From positions 1 through 42,312 of the IMG/VR virus record IMGVR_UViG_3300032212_000038: DNA of 42,312 bases; one strand, 5' to 3'. Origin of the DNA: a virus (Duplodnaviria > Caudoviricetes). A program made the translations under genes and the position numbers. Below are positions 27,301 to 35,560 of this stretch, piece after piece (position 1 is the first letter of the stretch; the number at the start of each line of letters is the position of its first letter). Under the pieces are notes generated by a model. It was not told where the DNA came from. It saw only the letters and a list, made by a program, of their open reading frames with translations, and searched no databases.

Positions 27301-27313
27301 AATCAATAAGTTA
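27301..27313 (+). promoter_or_regulatory. IHF consensus site
   Basis: AATCAATAAGTTA matches WATCAANNNNTTR. Confidence 0.6.
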
Positions 27314-27457
27314 CCTACCCTATCTATATAGTCTATATAGTCTTATTTAATACTATTTATTCCTATCCCCCTCCTTTTTATATTCCAAAATCACGTTTTT
27401 TGTGGCTGAGGGTCATAATCAATAAAATCAAAGAAATCCTAGGCCCTCCCCCCTATC

Positions 27458-27476
27458 GATAATGATTCTCATTCGC
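27458..27476. promoter_or_regulatory. Fur box-like site
   Basis: GATAATGATTCTCATTCGC; 15/19 identity to GATAATGATAATCATTATC. Confidence 0.6.
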
Positions 27477-27491
27477 ATTTATCGCAGAATA

Positions 27492-27507
27492 TGGCACAAT
27501 ACTTGCA
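27492..27507 (+). promoter_or_regulatory. sigma54 -24/-12 element
   Basis: TGGCAC-AATAC-TTGCA, a perfect consensus match. Confidence 0.7.
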
Positions 27508-27513
27508 TAATAT

Positions 27514-27529
27514 AGCAAAAACCATGCCA
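27514..27529 (-). promoter_or_regulatory. sigma54 -24/-12 element (leftward)
   Basis: Minus strand TGGCAT-GGTTT-TTGCT. Confidence 0.65.
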
Positions 27530-27599
27530 GAGAGAGTGTGATTGTCACCATCAATGATACCCCAGACTATAATAGATTCTCTCAATCAATACCCCTGAG

Positions 27600-27615
27600 T
27601 GGCATATACATTGCA
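27600..27615 (+). promoter_or_regulatory. sigma54 -24/-12 element
   Basis: TGGCAT-ATACA-TTGCA. Confidence 0.65.
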
Positions 27616-27621
27616 TAAAGT

Positions 27622-27804
27622 GTCAGATTCTTTTACACCTCAAACCCTGATTCCCTCTATATATCGCTTGAATCGATAGTAATAAACGTCAGGTTATTTT
27701 ACACAATGAACGGTACTAAAACACTGACGGGTGGCTTAAGTTATTGATTCTATTGTAAGACATACGTCTGACTAGGCGATTCTAGGTGTCAGAATACTTT
27801 ACAC
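27622..27804. repeat. Three copies of GTCAG-N6-TTACAC (27622-27638, 27688-27704, 27788-27804), candidate enhancer (UAS) sites
   Basis: GTCAGattcttTTACAC, GTCAGgttattTTACAC, GTCAGaatactTTACAC. Confidence 0.7.
27737..27749 (-). promoter_or_regulatory. IHF consensus site
   Basis: Minus strand AATCAATAACTTA. Confidence 0.6.
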
Positions 27805-27867
27805 TATTGGCTTATTTCTCCCTCTGGCATGGTATTATCAGGCTCTCTGAATAAATAATTCTATATA

Positions 27868-27903
27868 AATCAATGACTTACAAAAACTGGCACGGCGAAT
27901 GCA
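27868..27903 (+). promoter_or_regulatory. IHF site plus sigma54 promoter, predicted start about 27914, facing the early arm
   Basis: AATCAATGACTTA (27868-27880) then TGGCAC-GGCGA-ATGCA (27888-27903). Confidence 0.7.
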
Positions 27904-27911
27904 TTATCTTT

Positions 27912-28395
27912 CGGCAAGACCAGCGGGTTTGTCGTGGCTTTCATAGCTGCCCCTATGCGCTGGCTAGGTTATGGGCTTTTAGTACCTTCTATGGGTATTA
28001 TTAACCACGTGTGACATACGGCTCTATTTACGGGTGTATGGTGTAGCGTGGAGGTGCCAGCATAACTGAAACGGGTAGCGGGTACAGTGGCGCACCTGTA
28101 AGCTAATCTGGCTTAGCGGAACTGATAGGCATAACATAAGTCCTAGGGCAGCCATGCTGTCAGGTGTATTGTTCAATACATCTCTCAATAATTACATACC
28201 ACTAGCAGAGAAGGGATATAGGTTTATCTTAATAGGCGATTATCCGAACACAGCGAATATAACGGCTTACGTGTTCCGATTACCTATTGTTTATTACTAT
28301 TCGCTTATATCCTTATGTGACAGGTAGGGTTTTCCCTTTTCTGTGAATGTGATAACTAGTAGGTATTCAATAGGGAGTATCTACCAATTATCACA
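27912..28395 (+). ncRNA. Candidate large structured RNA or structured early leader
   Basis: No convincing ORF; many nested helices with G-U pairs (see findings); begins at the predicted sigma54 start site. Confidence 0.6.
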
Positions 28396-28417
28396 AACAA
28401 AAAGTGAGGTATTAATC

Positions 28418-28897
28418 ATGCAACAAACAACTACTAAAAACTTCAAATCTCAACTGAATGGTATTATCAAATCAGCTAAGACTCAACGGGATAACGTGCA
28501 AGCTATCATTGTATTCGGCCTGAATCACTATAAAGATCACGGTGACGCAAGTTATCTATCACAGGTTTTAAGTGCCGCAATCGGTGTCAAAAGCCTTCCT
28601 ACGGTAACCTTGAAGGAATACATTAAGGCTCATGCGAATCTGTTATGGAAGAAAGGTAAGGATGGTAAATTCCAGTTTAAGAAAGACGGCACTGACGTCA
28701 AGGTTACTATGCCAACTGTTTCATGGTATGAGTGGGACGGTGGTAAGCATAACAAGGTAACCGTTGATATGGATGTTATGGCGCAAACTAAGGCGCTGCT
28801 TAAGCGTATCCAATCTGGCCTTAAGGATCATAAGGTTAAGGATGAACAAGCGGCTAAGAACGTAGAAGCGGCACTCAAGGTAGTACTGGAGGCTTAA
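28418..28897 (+). CDS. First early protein, hypothetical (probable start 28418, MQQTTTK)
   Basis: GTGAGG RBS before ATG 28418; the upstream in-frame part lies in a long hairpin. Confidence 0.8.
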   Translation: MQQTTTKNFKSQLNGIIKSAKTQRDNVQAIIVFGLNHYKDHGDASYLSQVLSAAIGVKSLPTVTLKEYIKAHANLLWKKGKDGKFQFKKDGTDVKVTMPTVSWYEWDGGKHNKVTVDMDVMAQTKALLKRIQSGLKDHKVKDEQAAKNVEAALKVVLEA

Positions 28898-29130
28898 TGT
28901 CTTCCTTAAAGGCAGGCGATAGGGTAGTTGCTATAGGTGGAACTGTCGCGGATATATTCTATCTGGAGAGTAAAGAGGAGGCTAAACGTCTCCGTTACCT
29001 CTATCCAGACGACTGTCATGTATCTCGTGGCCCTGACCATATTGGTAAGCACGGTCATAAGCTGGTACGTTCTCGTCTACAGCCTAAAGGTACTATGAAT
29101 AGTAGTAGCGAGGTGACAAGTCATGGGTAA
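28897..29130 (+). CDS. Early hypothetical protein
   Basis: GGAGG RBS; TAATG coupling. Confidence 0.65.
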   Translation: MSSLKAGDRVVAIGGTVADIFYLESKEEAKRLRYLYPDDCHVSRGPDHIGKHGHKLVRSRLQPKGTMNSSSEVTSHG

Positions 29131-29230
29131 GTTAAGCTTTACAGACTTCTCAAAAGTAGTAATCGGTACTATTGTATTTACTATAGTAGTAGTTTACCTA
29201 ACAGCCCTAATCATGGGCTATCCTATCTAG
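29123..29230 (+). CDS. 35 aa single-TM peptide; not in the ORF track
   Basis: MGKLSFTDFSKVVIGTIVFTIVVVYLTALIMGYPI; GAGGTG RBS; fills the gap. Confidence 0.6.
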   Translation: MGKLSFTDFSKVVIGTIVFTIVVVYLTALIMGYPI

Positions 29231-29239
29231 GAGAATAAA

Positions 29240-29446
29240 ATGGGTACTCTATACCAGACACATGTCAAAGGTACAGATGATTATGGTAATACCTTTACTT
29301 ATACGAAAGGTTCTCTTACTAGTAGTCGTACAACGGCTGTTAATCGTCTTAAAAATAATAGACTTAAGGGGTATGTTCAGGATATTAACTCGAAAAAGGT
29401 AATATTCCAGAACATGCGTAATGATCTACAAGCGGTGGGGTTATAG
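29240..29446 (+). CDS. Early hypothetical protein
   Basis: AGGAG RBS; 68 aa. Confidence 0.7.
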   Translation: MGTLYQTHVKGTDDYGNTFTYTKGSLTSSRTTAVNRLKNNRLKGYVQDINSKKVIFQNMRNDLQAVGL

Positions 29447-29448
29447 TT

Positions 29449-29574
29449 ATGGTTGAAGAACTGAAAGCAATACTCTCCTTATTAGGAGATATGTCAGAGA
29501 TAGGCGGTTGGGTACTTGCAGGGTTTATACTCTTCAAGGTAACCTTGGAGCAGCTTTTCTTAAGGCTGCTGTAG
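29449..29574 (+). CDS. 41 aa hydrophobic peptide; not in the ORF track
   Basis: MVEELKAILSLLGDMSEIGGWVLAGFILFKVTLEQLFLRLL; fills the gap. Confidence 0.55.
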   Translation: MVEELKAILSLLGDMSEIGGWVLAGFILFKVTLEQLFLRLL

Positions 29575-29608
29575 AAGAAAAAATTGAAAGAGAGAGGGGT
29601 TATTAATT

Positions 29609-29821
29609 ATGAGAGGCTTCAAAGCAAAAACATTACGTCGGTTTGCACGTAGTCGTACAGTGGGTAAAAAGGACGTAGAGTACCGTGAGAAGATCACCCC
29701 TAAGACGGTTACAATGTTTAACACAGACGGCACTACCCGTCAGACAGTCGTGCATAAAAGCACTCGTTATATGGTTCACGACTGTACCCGTAAATATTAC
29801 AAACTGTTAAAAGCTTTATAG
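29609..29821 (+). CDS. Basic early hypothetical protein
   Basis: GAGGGG RBS; K/R-rich, 70 aa. Confidence 0.7.
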   Translation: MRGFKAKTLRRFARSRTVGKKDVEYREKITPKTVTMFNTDGTTRQTVVHKSTRYMVHDCTRKYYKLLKAL

Positions 29822-29831
29822 GAGAGCGATC

Positions 29832-30614
29832 ATGGGAGTAAAGTATGATATTGTAAGTACTGGAGCAGGCGGTACAGAGCATGTACTGCCGAGAGCAGGT
29901 GTCTGTTTTTCCTACCTTAAGTACCAATATGGTAGTGAGCTTGACCAGTTACAGATGAGTTTTAAAGAGATCAGGATGCACTTTATCCGTAACCTTAAAC
30001 GGCCTGAGATTAAAACTATCATGTTAAGGGTGTTAGAGGCGTTCGGTATGGATGAATTTGTTACCTTCAACGAGGAAGGACTAGCAGTAGTATCTGACCG
30101 TCGGCCTAAGGTTGTATTTAAGACTTTATCGATGATGCGTGTATTTGATGTCTACCAATGCGACAGGCTCTTGGTTGTTGAGAGATTGGAAGGTATGGGT
30201 TTTGATACTAAGGTTGCATTCCTCCTAGCTCATTATTTACGTATTAAGAAGGACGCCACACTCGATCGTTCTTTTGACCTCAGTACTTGCGGAGAACATG
30301 GGTGGATAGCTGACGCAAGAGACATGACTATTGCAGGTATACTAGGTGTCGCTTTACATGCTAAGGATGTTTTAACGAAGACAGACCCATGTAGTACTAT
30401 GTCTTTTTCCTATATAGGGGTCGAATCCCTATTCAGAGCGTTTAATGGTACGGGGCGTAAACTACACTGTATTTTAGCGGAGGCTTCCGTCCAATCTCAC
30501 GATGATTGGGGGCCTAGGTATGTTAAAGATAAGGATCTATTCCCTATCCTTTACTCTGTGCAAGAGAAGTATGACGAAGAGGTTAAGCGCCTTAAGGGGG
30601 TAGCCGGTGAGTAA
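29832..30614 (+). CDS. Hypothetical protein
   Basis: AGGAG RBS; 260 aa; precedes the amidoligase cluster. Confidence 0.75.
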   Translation: MGVKYDIVSTGAGGTEHVLPRAGVCFSYLKYQYGSELDQLQMSFKEIRMHFIRNLKRPEIKTIMLRVLEAFGMDEFVTFNEEGLAVVSDRRPKVVFKTLSMMRVFDVYQCDRLLVVERLEGMGFDTKVAFLLAHYLRIKKDATLDRSFDLSTCGEHGWIADARDMTIAGILGVALHAKDVLTKTDPCSTMSFSYIGVESLFRAFNGTGRKLHCILAEASVQSHDDWGPRYVKDKDLFPILYSVQEKYDEEVKRLKGVAGE

Positions 30615-31284
30615 GAGAGACTATACGTTCTTAGTACTTGGAGGTAACCCATACTACCAGCCTTTCTTAGAGTTAGGGTCTGTGGTAGGAGGTTACCCTA
30701 ATATGACTAAGGCTGACTGTATTGTATTCACAGGGGGTAGCGATGTTGACCCTTCTCTATATGGTGAGAGTAAGACAACTAAGGTCTTAGTCACAGATTT
30801 AGACAGAGATCATAAAGAGATGGCTGTTTTTAAATACGCAGTCTCTCATGGTATCCCTATGATTGGTATCTGTCGAGGCGCTCAGTTCTTAAACGTGATG
30901 AACGGTGGTAAGTTAGTACAACATGCTAACGGTCATAGCGTTGACCATAAGATCAGGATACCTACCAGTGTAGATTACCCTGTTAAGGAGTTCGTGGTAA
31001 CATCTACGCATCATCAACTGATAGTGCCTAATATAGAGCGTGGTCATCAACTCTTAGGATATACAGAGGGCATCGCTACTCATTTAGAGGGTGTCCCTTT
31101 CAAGGAGTATACTAAATACAGTAAGAAATACAGTGCTGGTGAGACTATAGCTAAGGAGGCAGAAGTTCTGTGGTATGAGACTACAGGTTCTTTATGTGTC
31201 CAGTATCACCCCGAACAGATGAAGAAGGGTGAGGACGGCTATCAGTACTTTAAACACCTAGTAGAGGAGTATGTAATGTTATGA
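30607..31284 (+). CDS. Class I glutamine amidotransferase-like / peptidase C26 (gamma-glutamyl hydrolase, PuuD-like)
   Basis: FTGGSDVDPSLYG, GICRGAQFLNV (catalytic Cys), STHHQ, VQYHPE. Confidence 0.9.
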   Translation: MSKRDYTFLVLGGNPYYQPFLELGSVVGGYPNMTKADCIVFTGGSDVDPSLYGESKTTKVLVTDLDRDHKEMAVFKYAVSHGIPMIGICRGAQFLNVMNGGKLVQHANGHSVDHKIRIPTSVDYPVKEFVVTSTHHQLIVPNIERGHQLLGYTEGIATHLEGVPFKEYTKYSKKYSAGETIAKEAEVLWYETTGSLCVQYHPEQMKKGEDGYQYFKHLVEEYVML

Positions 31285-31466
31285 AATCTACATATATAGT
31301 ATGCTCTTTCTTAGCGCAGTTTACACTATTAGTACTGGCTGTATTCAGTCCTATATATATCACACCCGGTTGGTATGTATGGACTGTTATATCTTTAATA
31401 CTATTAGCTCTCTCCGGCGGTTCATTGAACTATCAGGTGAGCTTATGGGAACTTGACGAGGAGTAA
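31281..31466 (+). CDS. Small two-TM membrane protein
   Basis: Two hydrophobic segments; ATGA overlap; GAGGAG RBS. Confidence 0.65.
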   Translation: MKSTYIVCSFLAQFTLLVLAVFSPIYITPGWYVWTVISLILLALSGGSLNYQVSLWELDEE

Positions 31467-32247
31467 CTTTATGCTTGGTACAGATACAGAGGTATTTTTA
31501 AAGAATAAAGCAGGGGACTATATCTCCTCTATTGGTCTTATTGGTGGCTCTAAGGATAAGCCTTTAGAGGTTGAGTGTGGTAACTTACAAGAGGATAATG
31601 TATTAGCTGAGTTTGCCATACCTCCTGCTAGTAATAAGGAAGAGTTTATAGGATATATTAATAAGACTTTCGGCATCCTTGAGGCTAAGGTTAAGGAGTA
31701 CGATCTTGAGATTGAAATTAAACCTTCTGCCGTATTCCCTTATGATCAGCTTGAGCACCCTTTGGCTCAGGAGTTTGGATGTGACCCTGACTATAATGCC
31801 TACACTTTAGATGTGAATGAGTCGCCTAAGCATGAGAATGTAGGCGCCCTACGTTCTTGTGGAGGCCACGTACATGTATCCTCCGAGGCTATCGCTAAGG
31901 ATGAGAATAGTCGAGCAGAGTTCGTACGTATCCTTGACTTAGTACTAGGTGTACCATCTGTGGTCATGGACACAGATAAAGAACGTCGTAAGTTATACGG
32001 TAAGGCAGGTGCATATCGTAATAAAGATTACGGTATCGAGTATCGTACCTTATCTAACTTCTGGATTCAAACACAAGAGCATATGTCTTGGTTGTGGGAT
32101 CAAGTCAAGAAAGCTGAGAAGATGTTTGATGAAGGGTTCCGTATTAACTTTGACATAGGCAGTCGTGTTATCGAGTGTATTAATAACGGAGACACTGATA
32201 CCGCTGATGCATTGATACATGAATTTAATCTGGAGGTAGTGTCATGA
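31453..32247 (+). CDS. phiEco32-like COOH-NH2 ligase type 2
   Basis: LGTDTEVFL, QEDNVLAEF, FGCDPDYNAY, GGHVH, RRKLYGKAG, YGIEYRTLSNFW. Confidence 0.88.
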   Translation: MTRSNFMLGTDTEVFLKNKAGDYISSIGLIGGSKDKPLEVECGNLQEDNVLAEFAIPPASNKEEFIGYINKTFGILEAKVKEYDLEIEIKPSAVFPYDQLEHPLAQEFGCDPDYNAYTLDVNESPKHENVGALRSCGGHVHVSSEAIAKDENSRAEFVRILDLVLGVPSVVMDTDKERRKLYGKAGAYRNKDYGIEYRTLSNFWIQTQEHMSWLWDQVKKAEKMFDEGFRINFDIGSRVIECINNGDTDTADALIHEFNLEVVS

Positions 32248-32903
32248 ATTATGGGGAGTATACTATTGACGACCTTAATAGGTACTTACGTAACGGTTTT
32301 GCATTCCTAGATAATGAGCCTGTACTTATACGGAGGGTACGTCAGGGTAGAGACAGTAGAGATAAGGTGGTACCTAAAGTAGGTTACCATATGAAGATGA
32401 GTACTAGTGACGATTGGAACACGGACGACGAACACTCTATACCGCTGGACGACTTGAATATATGTAGTGCTGACATAGGCTGCTACAACTATAAAGGTGG
32501 CGTGGTTTATGTTTCACGTGGAGCTGAGAGACAGTGGAACTTTGCGATAAATAACTCATCCTATTCTGTTACTCAATGTAATAGAGACAACCACCGATCC
32601 CGACTAAACCCTCATATGAGTAGCCCGTCCCTACTTAAGGCTATTATCTCTCCAGAATACTTCGGTATTGATACTGCTATTAATAAGTTAAGAACAGGCA
32701 GCCGTATGACTGTGGCACTTGATAAGGACTTCTGGATTGGTGTAGACCGCTACTCAGAGGATATTATCCTTGGTTATCAGTCAGGTAGAGTCATAGGTTA
32801 TATTAATAGTGATGACATTGTTACAGTCTTTACAGGTTTCGAGTTCCTAAGTGAAAAAGTAGCTAAACTAACACCTATAGGGGGTTTTGAAGATGCAGCT
32901 TAA
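32244..32903 (+). CDS. Hypothetical protein within the amidoligase cluster
   Basis: GGAGG RBS; ATGA overlap; 219 aa. Confidence 0.75.
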   Translation: MNYGEYTIDDLNRYLRNGFAFLDNEPVLIRRVRQGRDSRDKVVPKVGYHMKMSTSDDWNTDDEHSIPLDDLNICSADIGCYNYKGGVVYVSRGAERQWNFAINNSSYSVTQCNRDNHRSRLNPHMSSPSLLKAIISPEYFGIDTAINKLRTGSRMTVALDKDFWIGVDRYSEDIILGYQSGRVIGYINSDDIVTVFTGFEFLSEKVAKLTPIGGFEDAA

Positions 32904-34044
32904 TAAAATAACTGGTATCTCTCCAGATAACAGAACATTCCTACCACACTCTTGTTTTGTATTACCTTATACATTAATAGGTGTAGAGGTAGAGACAGAG
33001 GGTGTGTACTATGACCGCCTAAGTAATCCTACTTACTGGGATGTTAAAGAGGACGGATCATTACGTAGTGGTGCTGAGTTCGTACTAGCTAATCCGCTAG
33101 TGGGTAAAGACTTACACGATTCTCTTGAAATACTGGACGCTTTCTGTTCCAATAACCCTGAGATACACTATACTGTTCGTACCTCAGTCCATGTACATTT
33201 AGATGTTCGTGACTTAGAAGCAGAGCAACTGATGAACCTTCTCGGACTGTACTTGCTCTTTGAGAAAGCTATCTATCGTTATCATAACCATAAGTACAAC
33301 AGAGAGAATAATATCTATTGCTTACCTTTCTTCAATACCAGTAGGCATATTAATGACCTTTCTGTGCTGTCTTATCTAGGAGACCCGTCGATTAGCCAAC
33401 GTGATTTATCTACTACTCTCCGCCACTCACTGTCTCGATTAAATAAATATTATGGCCTGAACGTAGCCTCTTTGTTCCGCTTCGGCTCTTTAGAGTTTAG
33501 ACACATGGAGGGTACTCATAATAAAAATGAGATTATTGAGTGGGTTAATATTATTATGTCTCTTAAGAAGTATGCTTGTTCCTTACAAGGCAACCCTTAC
33601 GAGATGCTACTAGGTGTAAGTAATTCTGGTTACACAACACTTCTCTCTAAGGTATTCTCCGCTGACCTGATAAGTAAGCTGTTCGATTACGGGGATGCAG
33701 AAGAGGACATATATGCTGGTATGCAGCTTTTCCAAGATATTATCCACGGAAATAAGCTCACTACTAGTGCAAGTGTATGGCGCGGAAGGGTAGATCAGAA
33801 GAACCCTGAGTATAAAGAGTCTTCATTATTCAAGAAGAGTGCTAAAGGTAATAAGAAGACTGTAGGTAAGAGTAGAGTTAAGAAGGCTATCAGACGTCGC
33901 CGCCGACTAGATACGCTTAACCCTCCAGAGGATACAGCAGTACCTAGTCCTACTGCTGTTGCTTGGGAAGGCACAGCAGTAGGTACTGATTCAGCTTATA
34001 CAGATCTACAACGAGTACTTAACAATATAACAGGAGAAGATTAA
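32887..34044 (+). CDS. Putative amidoligase (glutamine synthetase/GCS-like fold)
   Basis: IGVEVETE, DGSLR...EFV, SVHVHLD, YGLN...GSLEFRHMEGT. Confidence 0.85.
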   Translation: MKMQLNKITGISPDNRTFLPHSCFVLPYTLIGVEVETEGVYYDRLSNPTYWDVKEDGSLRSGAEFVLANPLVGKDLHDSLEILDAFCSNNPEIHYTVRTSVHVHLDVRDLEAEQLMNLLGLYLLFEKAIYRYHNHKYNRENNIYCLPFFNTSRHINDLSVLSYLGDPSISQRDLSTTLRHSLSRLNKYYGLNVASLFRFGSLEFRHMEGTHNKNEIIEWVNIIMSLKKYACSLQGNPYEMLLGVSNSGYTTLLSKVFSADLISKLFDYGDAEEDIYAGMQLFQDIIHGNKLTTSASVWRGRVDQKNPEYKESSLFKKSAKGNKKTVGKSRVKKAIRRRRRLDTLNPPEDTAVPSPTAVAWEGTAVGTDSAYTDLQRVLNNITGED

Positions 34045-34045
34045 A

Positions 34046-35542
34046 ATGTGTGGAATCGTAGGAGTTATCAGTGACAGTGCAGGTATACAGTCACAGGATA
34101 AAAAGAAGTTTTTAATACAGGCATTACAGGTGGATTCTTTACGAGGAGAGGACTCTACTGGCCTCTTCACAGTTAATGATAAGGGCCACTGTGATATGTT
34201 TAAATCTAACATGACTGGCTGGGATTTTGTACAACATGCGAAAACTCAGAAGATCTTATCCTATGTATACGATAAGCGAGTAATGATCGGTCATAATCGA
34301 TGGGCTACACGTGGGGCTATCAACGCTACCAATGCCCACCCTTTCCATCACGGTAAGATTGTCGGGGTACATAACGGATCTCTTAACAATCATAGAAACT
34401 TACTACCTGACGGTGAGATGTTCGATGTAGATAGTGATGCGGTATTCCATTCGATTAATGAGATCGGTGTCGAGGAGACTGTGACCAAAATGAATGGGGC
34501 TTATGCTATTATCTATTTTGATACAGAAGCTAAGACCCTTAATCTGTTTCGTAATGAAGAACGTCCACTCTTTACAGCTATTGTAACTCATGCAAACAAG
34601 AACGACAACACTATGCTAGTAGCTAGTGAGGCTGGTATGATTGAGTGGTTAGCGGAACGGAACGGACTAACTATCGACACACCTGTATTATTAAAACCTC
34701 ATACATTACTAAGTATTAGTACGGATAAACTTACTGACTTTACTGTATCTGATCTAGGTAAGTATGAGCCTCCTAAGAGTGAGAAAAGTACTGTACGGAA
34801 TTTTGGTGACTACCGTAATACGGACTCTCATGAAACACCTAGTCGTAATAAGAGGGTATCTAAACGCTCAAAAAAGATACTAAACAAGGTAGGTCTAAAG
34901 ATCGGAGACACGTTAGAACTCTATAATACTGGTGCAGCGACCTATAATCATAAAGATTCATTCGGTTATATCGAAGGATCTATGACAGTAGATCCTTGGT
35001 GTGACATCGTAGTTCATAATGTACCTAGGAGTATCATTGAGACAGTTGTTAGAGAAGACATGCCTCTTATCTTCGGTAAGATTAAGATTGCAGTAGACCG
35101 GTCGAACTACCCTATCATCCACTTAGATCCTAAAACTCTTAGCTATAACCTTGATGGAAAGAACATACCACTTAGTGAGCCAAGTAGTAAAGAGGAAGTC
35201 AAGAAAGAGACTAAGAAAGTACTGACTACGGAGGACGTAAGAAGTGCGGTAAAGGATGTACTTCGTGATGTCAATAAGAAGAAGGACAGCACGGAGGGAA
35301 CCCCAGAAAAAAAGCCCATACTGTGTCTCCCGGCTGGGAAGAACAATTCAAATTCCTGCAAAGGCCCGAGAGGCTTCATTAGTCTATACGATTTTCAGAA
35401 GTATGTTCAAGGTGGGTGTGATAACTGCGGTGCTAATATTGACCATAATGATCATGATAATATACGTTGGACTAATAACGGCTTACCTCTTTGCCCTTCT
35501 TGTTCAGAAGAGTTACAAGACTGGGGTTGCGCAGGCTGTTAA
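34046..35542 (+). CDS. Class II (Ntn) glutamine amidotransferase with C-terminal Zn ribbon
   Basis: MCGIVG start, RG.DSTG, GHNRWATRG, NAHPF, HNG, DVDSD; C-terminal CDNC...CPSC. Confidence 0.9.
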   Translation: MCGIVGVISDSAGIQSQDKKKFLIQALQVDSLRGEDSTGLFTVNDKGHCDMFKSNMTGWDFVQHAKTQKILSYVYDKRVMIGHNRWATRGAINATNAHPFHHGKIVGVHNGSLNNHRNLLPDGEMFDVDSDAVFHSINEIGVEETVTKMNGAYAIIYFDTEAKTLNLFRNEERPLFTAIVTHANKNDNTMLVASEAGMIEWLAERNGLTIDTPVLLKPHTLLSISTDKLTDFTVSDLGKYEPPKSEKSTVRNFGDYRNTDSHETPSRNKRVSKRSKKILNKVGLKIGDTLELYNTGAATYNHKDSFGYIEGSMTVDPWCDIVVHNVPRSIIETVVREDMPLIFGKIKIAVDRSNYPIIHLDPKTLSYNLDGKNIPLSEPSSKEEVKKETKKVLTTEDVRSAVKDVLRDVNKKKDSTEGTPEKKPILCLPAGKNNSNSCKGPRGFISLYDFQKYVQGGCDNCGANIDHNDHDNIRWTNNGLPLCPSCSEELQDWGCAGC

Positions 35543-35560
35543 TAAATAGGAGAAGGCAAT

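Noticed and set aside
27620-27810. CRISPR mini-array interpretation of the 17-nt repeats
   Set aside because: The repeats are too short, have variable centres and are unevenly spaced (66 and 100 nt).
27825-27840. A fifth sigma54 element, TGGCAT-GGTAT-TATCA
   Set aside because: It lacks the conserved -12 GC.
28060-28135. Hammerhead ribozyme (CTGATAG and GAAAC present)
   Set aside because: The core is not CUGAUGA, and I could not build the three required stems.
27912-28160. Cobalamin riboswitch (prompted by the class II RNR and GCTGCCCC)
   Set aside because: The conserved GGGAA, GCAACTGT and B12-box elements are not present.
28343-28417. N-terminal extension of the 184 aa ORF in the track
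   Set aside because: It lies inside a long hairpin with no RBS; ATG 28418 has a good RBS.
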